From: Auanema rhodensis
Lineage: Eukaryota; Animalia; Nematoda
DNA length: 64,000 bases
Assembly: GCA_964057225.1 (NCBI GenBank)
Contig: CAXKVF010000085.1
Location: forward strand, 124,001-188,000
Reading direction: 5' to 3'
In this document: piece after piece, positions 57,301-64,000 of the stretch
Layout of the letters: each line of letters begins with the position of its first letter
Position numbering within the stretch: position 1 is the first letter of the stretch
Program-made: the position numbers and the translations under genes
The notes under the pieces: generated by a model
Databases searched by the model: none
What the model was told of the DNA's origin: nothing
Seen by the model: only the letters and a program-made list of their open reading frames with translations

Positions 57301-58605
57301 ATTAGTCTAAAAACAAATTTTTATTGATATTGGTGCATGGTAACCATGACTTTGAAATTTACGTGAACTTTAATTTATGCTAATTAAATGTACACGTGAT
57401 GTGCACTTGGTATGTAACTCGCTTCACGTGAAAGATAAAGAGATGCGGTTTTCAAAATTAGATTCCCCATGTCCATATTAGTCTAAAAACAGATTTTTAT
57501 TGATATTGGTGCATGGTAACCATGACTTTGAAATTTACGTGAACTTTAATTTATGCTAATTAAATGTACACGTGATGTGCACTTGGCATGTAACTCGCTT
57601 CACGTGAAAGATAAAGAGATGCGGTTTTCAAAATTAGATTCCCCATGTACATATTAGTCTAAAAACAAATTTTTATTGATATTGGTTCATGGTAACCATG
57701 ACTTTGAAATTTACGTGAACTTTAATTTATGCTAATTAAATGTACACGTGATGTGCACTTGGTATGTAACTCGCTTCACGTGAAAGATAAAGAGATGCGG
57801 TTTTCAACATTAGATTCCTCATGTCCATATTAGTCTAAAAACAAATTTTTATTGATATTGGTGCATGGTAACCATGACTTTGAAATTTACGTGAACTTTA
57901 ATTTATGCTAATTAAATGTACACGTGATGTGCACTTGGTATGTAACTCGCTTCACGTGAAAGATAAAGAGATGCGGTTTTCAACATTAGATTCCTCATGT
58001 CCATATTAGTCTAAAAACAAATTTTTATTGATATTGGTACATGGTAACCATGACTTTGAAATTTACGTGAACTTTAATTTATGCTAATTAAATGTACACG
58101 TGATGTGCACTTGGCATGTAACTCGCTTCACGTGAAAGATAAAGAGATGCGGTTTTCAAAATTAGATTCCCTATGTACATATTAGTCTAAAAACAAATTT
58201 TTATTGATATTGGTTCATGGTAACCATGACTTTGAAATTTACGTGAACTTTAATTTATGCTAATTAAATGTACACGTGATGTGCACTTGGTATGTAACTC
58301 GCTTCACGTGGAAGATAAAGAGATGCGGTTTTCAAAATTAGATTCCCCATGTCCATATTAGTCTAAAAACAAATTTTTATTGATATTGGTGCATGGTAAC
58401 CATGACTTTGAAATTTACGTGAACTTTAATTTATGCTAATTAAATGTACACGTGATGTGCACTTGGTATGTAACTCGCTTCACGTGAAAGATAAAGTGAT
58501 GCGGTTTTCAAAATTAGATTCCCCGTGTCCATATTAGTCTAAAAACAAATTTTTATTGATATTGGTTCATGGTAACCATGACTTTGAAATTTACGTGAAC
58601 TTTAA
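54382..58605 (+). repeat. 8-monomer block (54382-55789) repeated at a 16-monomer offset (57198-58605)
   Basis: A119G (54676/57492) and T138A ggtaca (55223/58039) recur at +2816, along with ggcatg/gtacat, ccctat and cccgtg in the same order. Confidence 0.9.
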
Positions 58606-61600
58606 TTTATGCTAATTAAATGTACACGTGATGTGCACTTGGTATGTAACTCGCTTCACGTGAAAGATAAAGAGATGCGGTTTTCAAAATTTGATTCCCC
58701 ATGTCCATATTAGTCTAAAAACAAATTTTTATTGATATTGGTTCATGGTAACCATGACTTTGAAATTTACGTGAACTTTAATTTATGCTAATTAAATGTA
58801 CACGTGATGTGCACTTGGTATGTAACTCGCTTCACGTGGAAGATAAAGAGATGCGGTTTTCAAAATTAGATTCCCCATGTCCATATTAGTCTAAAAACAA
58901 ATTTTTATTGATATTGGTTCATGGTAACCATGACTTTGAAATTTACGTGAACTTTAATTTATGCTAATTAAATGTACACGTGATGTGCACTTGGTATGTA
59001 ACTCGCTTCACGTGAAAGATAAAGAGATGCCTTTTTCAAAATTAGATTCCCCATGTCCATATTAGTCTAAAAACAAATTTTTATTGATATTGGTGCATGG
59101 TAACCATGACTTTGAAATTTACGTGAACTTTAATTTATGCTAATTAAATGTACACGTGATGTGCACTTGGTATGTAACTCGCTTCACGTGAAAGATAAAG
59201 AGATGCGGTTTTCAAAATTAGATTCCCCATGTCCATATTAGTCTAAAAACAAATTTTTATTGATATTGGTGCATGGTAACCATGACTTTGAAATTTACGT
59301 GAACTTTAATTTATGCTAATTAAATGTACACGTGATGTGCACTTGATATGTAACTCGCTTCACGTGAAAGATAAAGAGATGCGGTTTTCAAAATTAGATT
59401 CCCCATGTCCATATTAGTCTAAAAACAAATTTTTATTGATATTGGTGCATGGTAACCATGACTTTGAAATTTACGTGAACTTTAATTTATGCTAATTAAA
59501 TGTACACGTGATGTGCACTTGGTATGTAACTCGCTTCACGTGAAAGATAAAGAGATGCGGTTTTCAAAATTAGATTCCCCATGTCCATATTAGTCTAAAA
59601 ACAGATTTTTATTGATATTGGTGCATGGTAACCATGACTTTGAAATTTACGTGAACTTTAATTTATGCTAATTAATTGTACACGTGATGTGCACTTGGCA
59701 TGTAACTCGCTTCACGTGAAAGATAAAGAGATGCGGTTTTCAAAATTAGATTCCCCATGTCCATATTAGTCTAAAAACAAATTTTTATTGATATTGGTTC
59801 ATGGTAACCATGACTTTGAAATTTACGTGAACTTTAATTTATGCTAATTAAATGTACACGTGATGTGCACTTGGTATGTAACTCGCTTCACGTGAAAGAT
59901 AAAGAGATGCGGTTTTCAAAATTAGATTCCCCATGTCCATATTAGTCTAAAAACAAATTTTTATTGATATTGGTGCATGGTAACCATGACTTTGAAATTT
60001 ACGTGAACTTTAATTTATGCTAATTAAATGTACACGTGATGTGCACTTGGTATGTAACTCGCTTCACGTGAAAGATAAAGAGATGCGGTTTTCAAAATTA
60101 GATTCCCCATGTCCATATTAGTCTAAAAACAAATTTTTATTGATATTGGTGCATGGTAACCATGACTTTGAAATTTACGTGAACTTTAATTTATGCTAAT
60201 TAAATGTACACGTGATGTGCACTTGATATGTAACTCGCTTCACGTGAAAGATAAAGAGATGCGGTTTTCAAAATTAGATTCCCCATGTCCATATTAGTCT
60301 AAAAACAAATTTTTATTGATATTGGTGCATGGTAACCATGACTTTGAAATTTACGTGAACTTTAATTTATGCTAATTAAATGTACACGTGATGTGCACTT
60401 GGTATGTAACTCGCTTCACGTGAAAGATAAAGAGATGCGGTTTGCAAAATTAGATTCCCCATGTACATATTAGTCTAAAAACAAATTTTTATTGATATTG
60501 GTTCATGGTAACCATGACTTTGAAATTTACGTGAACTTTAATTTATGCTAATTAAATGTACACGTGATGTGCACTTGGTATGTAACTCGCTTCACGTGAA
60601 AGATAAAGAGATGCGGTTTTCAACATTAGATTCCTCATGTCCATATTAGTCTAAAAACAAATTTTTATTGATATTGGTGCATGGTAACCATGACTTTGAA
60701 ATTTACGTGAACTTTAATTTATGCTAATTAAATGTACACGTGATGTGCACTTGGTATGTAACTCGCTTCACGTGAAAGATAAAGAGATGCGGTTTTCAAA
60801 ATTAGATTCCCCATGTCCATATTAGTCTAAAAACAAATTTTTATTGATATTGGTTCATGGTAACCATGACTTTGAAATTTACGTGAACTTTAATTTATGC
60901 TAATTAAATGTACACGTGATGTGCACTTGGCATGTAACTCGCTTCACGTGAAAGATAAAGAGATGCGGTTTTCAAAATTAGATTCCCCATGTCCATATTA
61001 GTCTAAAAACAAATTTTTATTGATATTGGTTCATGGTAACCATGACTTTGAAATTTACGTGAACTTTAATTTATGCTAATTAAATGTACACGTGATGTGC
61101 ACTTGGTATGTAACTCGCTTCACGTGAAAGATAAAGAGATGCGGTTTTCAAAATTAGATTCCCCATGTCCATATTAGTCTAAAAACAAATTTTTATTGAT
61201 ATTGGTGCATGGTAACCATGACTTTGAAATTTACGTGAACTTTAATTTATGCTAATTAAATGTACACGTGATGTGCACTTGGTATGTAACTCGCTTCACG
61301 TGAAAGATAAAGAGATGCGGTTTTCAAAATTAGATTCCCCATGTCCATATTAGTCTAAAAACAAATTTTTATTGATATTGGTGCATGGTAACCATGACTT
61401 TGAAATTTACGTGAACTTTAATTTATGCTAATTAAATGTACACGTGATGTGCACTTGATATGTAACTCGCTTCACGTGAAAGATAAAGAGATGCGGTTTT
61501 CAAAATTAGATTCCCCATGTCCATATTAGTCTAAAAACAAATTTTTATTGATATTGGTGCATGGTAACCATGACTTTGAAATTTACGTGAACTTTAATTT

Positions 61601-64000
61601 ATGCTAATTAAATGTACACGTGATGTGCACTTGGTATGTAACTCGCTTCACGTGAAATATAAAGAGATGCGGTTTTCAAAATTAGATTCCCCATGTCCAT
61701 ATTAGTCTAAAAACAAATTTTTATTGATATTGGTGCATGGTAACCATGACTTTGAAATTTACGTGAACTTTAATTTATGCTAATTAAATGTACACGTGAT
61801 GTGCACTTGGTATGTAACTCGCTTCACGTGAAAGATAAAGTGATGCGGTTTTCAAAATTAGATTCCCCATGTCCATATTAGTCTAAAAACAGATTTTTAT
61901 TGATATTGGTTCATGGTAACCATGACTTTGAAATTTACGTGAACTTTAATTTATGCTAATTAAATGTACACGTGATGTGCACTTGGTATGTAACTCGCTT
62001 CACGTGAAAGATAAAGAGATGCGGTTTTCAAAATTTGATTCCCCATGTCCATATTAGTCTAAAAACAAATTTTTATTGATATTGGTTCATGGTAACCATG
62101 ACTTTGAAATTTACGTGAACTTTAATTTATGCTAATTAAATGTACACGTGATGTGCACTTGGTATGTAACTCGCTTCACGTGGAAGATAAAGAGATGCGG
62201 TTTTCAAAATTAGATTCCCCATGTCCATATTAATCTAAAAACAAATTTTTATTGATATTGGTTCATGGTAACCATGACTTTGAAATTTACGTGAACTTTA
62301 ATTTATGCTAATTAAATGTACACGTGATGTGCACTTGGTATGTAACTCGCTTCACGTGGAAGATAAAAAGATGCGGTTTTCAAAATTAGATTCCCCATGT
62401 CCATATTAGTCTAAAAACAAATTTTCATTGATATTGGTGCATGGTAACCATGACTTTGAAATTTACGTGAACTTTAATTTATGCTAATTAAATGTACACG
62501 TGATGTGCACTTGGTATGTAACTCGCTTCACGTGAAAGATAAAGAGATGCCTTTTTCAAAATTAGATTCCCCATGTCCATATTAGTCTAAAAACAAATTT
62601 TTATTGATATTGGTTAATGGTAACCATGACTTTGAAATTTACGTGAACTTTAATTTATGCTAATTAAATGTACACGTGATGTGCACTTGATATGTAACTC
62701 GCTTCACGTGAAAGATAAAGAGATGCGGTTATCAAAATTAGATTCCCCATGTCCATATTAGTCTAAAAACAAATTTTTATTGATATTGGTGCATGGTAAC
62801 CATGACTTTGAAATTTACGTGAACTTTAATTTATGCTAATTAAATGTACACGTGATGTGCACTTGGTATGTAACTCGCTTCACGTGAAAGATAAAGAGAT
62901 GCGGTTTTCAAAATTAGATTCCCCATGTCCATATTAGTCTAAAAACAAATTTATATTGATATTGGTGCATGGTAACCATGACTTTGAAATTTACGTGAAC
63001 TTTAATTTTTGCTAATTAAATGTACACGTGATGTGCACTTGGTATGTAACTCGCTTCACGTGGAAGATAAAGAGATGCGGTTTTCAAAATTAGATTCCCC
63101 ATGTCCATATTAGTCTAAAAACAAATTTTTATTGATATTGGTGCATGGTAACCATGACTTTGAAATTTACGTGAACTTTAATTTATGCTAATTAAATGTA
63201 CACGTGATGTGCACTTGGTATGTAACTCGCTTCACGTGAAAGATAAAGAGATGCGGTTTTCAAAATTAGATTCCCCATGTCCATATTAGTCTAAAAACAA
63301 ATTTTTATTGATATTGGTTCATGGTAACCATGACTTTGAAATTTACGTGAACTTTAATTTATGCTAATTAAATGTACACGTGATGTGCACTTGGTATGTA
63401 ACTCGCTTCACGTGAAATATAAAGAGATGCGGTTTTCAAAATTAGATTCCCCATGTCCATATTAGTCTAAAAACAAATTTTTATTGATATTGGTGCATGG
63501 TAACCATGACTTTGAAATTTACGTGAACTTTAATTTATGCTAATTAAATGTACACGTGATGTGCACTTGGTATGTAACTCGCTTCACGTGAAAGATAAAG
63601 TGATGCGGTTTTCAAAATTAGATTCCCCATGTCCATATTAGTCTAAAAACAAATTTTTATTGATATTGGTTCATGGTAACCATGACTTTGAAATTTACGT
63701 GAACTTTAATTTATGCTAATTAAATGTACACGTGATGTGCACTTGGTATGTAACTCGCTTCACGTGGAAGATAAAGAGATGCGGTTTTCAAAATTAGATT
63801 CCCCATGTCCATATTAGTCTAAAAACAAATTTTTATTGATATTGGTGCATGGTAACCATGACTTTGAAATTTACGTGAACTTTAATTTATGCTAATTAAA
63901 TGTACACGTGATGTGCACTTGGTATGTAACTCGCTTCACGTGAAAGATAAAGAGATGCGGTTTTCAAAATTAGATTCCCCATGTCCATATTAGTCTAAAA

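Larger units (their letters stand above)
1..64000 (+). repeat. 176-bp tandem satellite DNA array, about 363.65 head-to-tail monomers, probably centromeric or pericentromeric; runs off both window ends
   Basis: TTTATGCTAATTAAATG recurs at 1, 177, 353, 881 (5x176+1), 2641 (15x176+1) and onward. The window ends at monomer position 115, and 363x176+115 = 64003 = 64000 plus three 1-bp deletions. The consensus has 56/176 G+C. The satellite call is direct; centromeric function is inferred from monomer size and homogeneity only. Confidence 0.99.

Noticed and set aside
1-64000. CRISPR array suggested by regularly spaced palindromic repeats
   Set aside because: There are no unique spacers: the entire 176 bp repeats. 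No cas genes or leader are present.
1-64000. One array-wide fixed higher-order repeat or coded pattern in the variant order
   Set aside because: Offsets differ by region (4, 6, 7, 11, 14, 16, 20, 22, 24, 32 monomers) and each has only 2-3 copies, as expected from stochastic local duplication.
1-64000. Rolling-circle or concatemer artefact, or synthetic sequence
   Set aside because: Variants are shared in nested, ordered blocks with regional subfamilies. This is not the random error pattern expected from repeated copies of one template.

Overview
The whole 64,000-bp window is one uninterrupted, single-orientation tandem satellite array with a 176-bp, AT-rich monomer (about 32% GC; about 363.65 copies). 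Consensus read from the sequence: TTTATGCTAATTAAATGTACACGTGATGTGCACTTGGTATGTAACTCGCTTCACGTGAAAGATAAAGAGATGCGGTTTTCAAAATTAGATTCCCCATGTCCATATTAGTCTAAAAACAAATTTTTATTGATATTGGTTCATGGTAACCATGACTTTGAAATTTACGTGAACTTTAA. Monomers usually differ from the consensus at 0-4 positions, and the register shifts by only 3 bp in total, all from one copied 1-bp deletion. Monomer length, homogeneity and scale fit a eukaryotic centromeric or pericentromeric satellite, but this is inference and I cannot name the organism or family. I see no genes, RNA genes, transposon insertions, inversions or CRISPR. The two 60-aa ORFs are artefacts of a shared TAG>TTG variant. Two kinds of structure stand out. First, the monomer is packed with dyad symmetries and three phased ACGTGA cores, with no CENP-B box. 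Second, shared variants record nested local duplications (4-, 6-, 7/14-, 11-, 16-, 22/24- and 32-monomer offsets), a mappable crossover junction and a left-to-right turnover of variant subfamilies. All variant calls were made by eye, so rare variants may have been missed. Notation such as A107T gives the position within the monomer.
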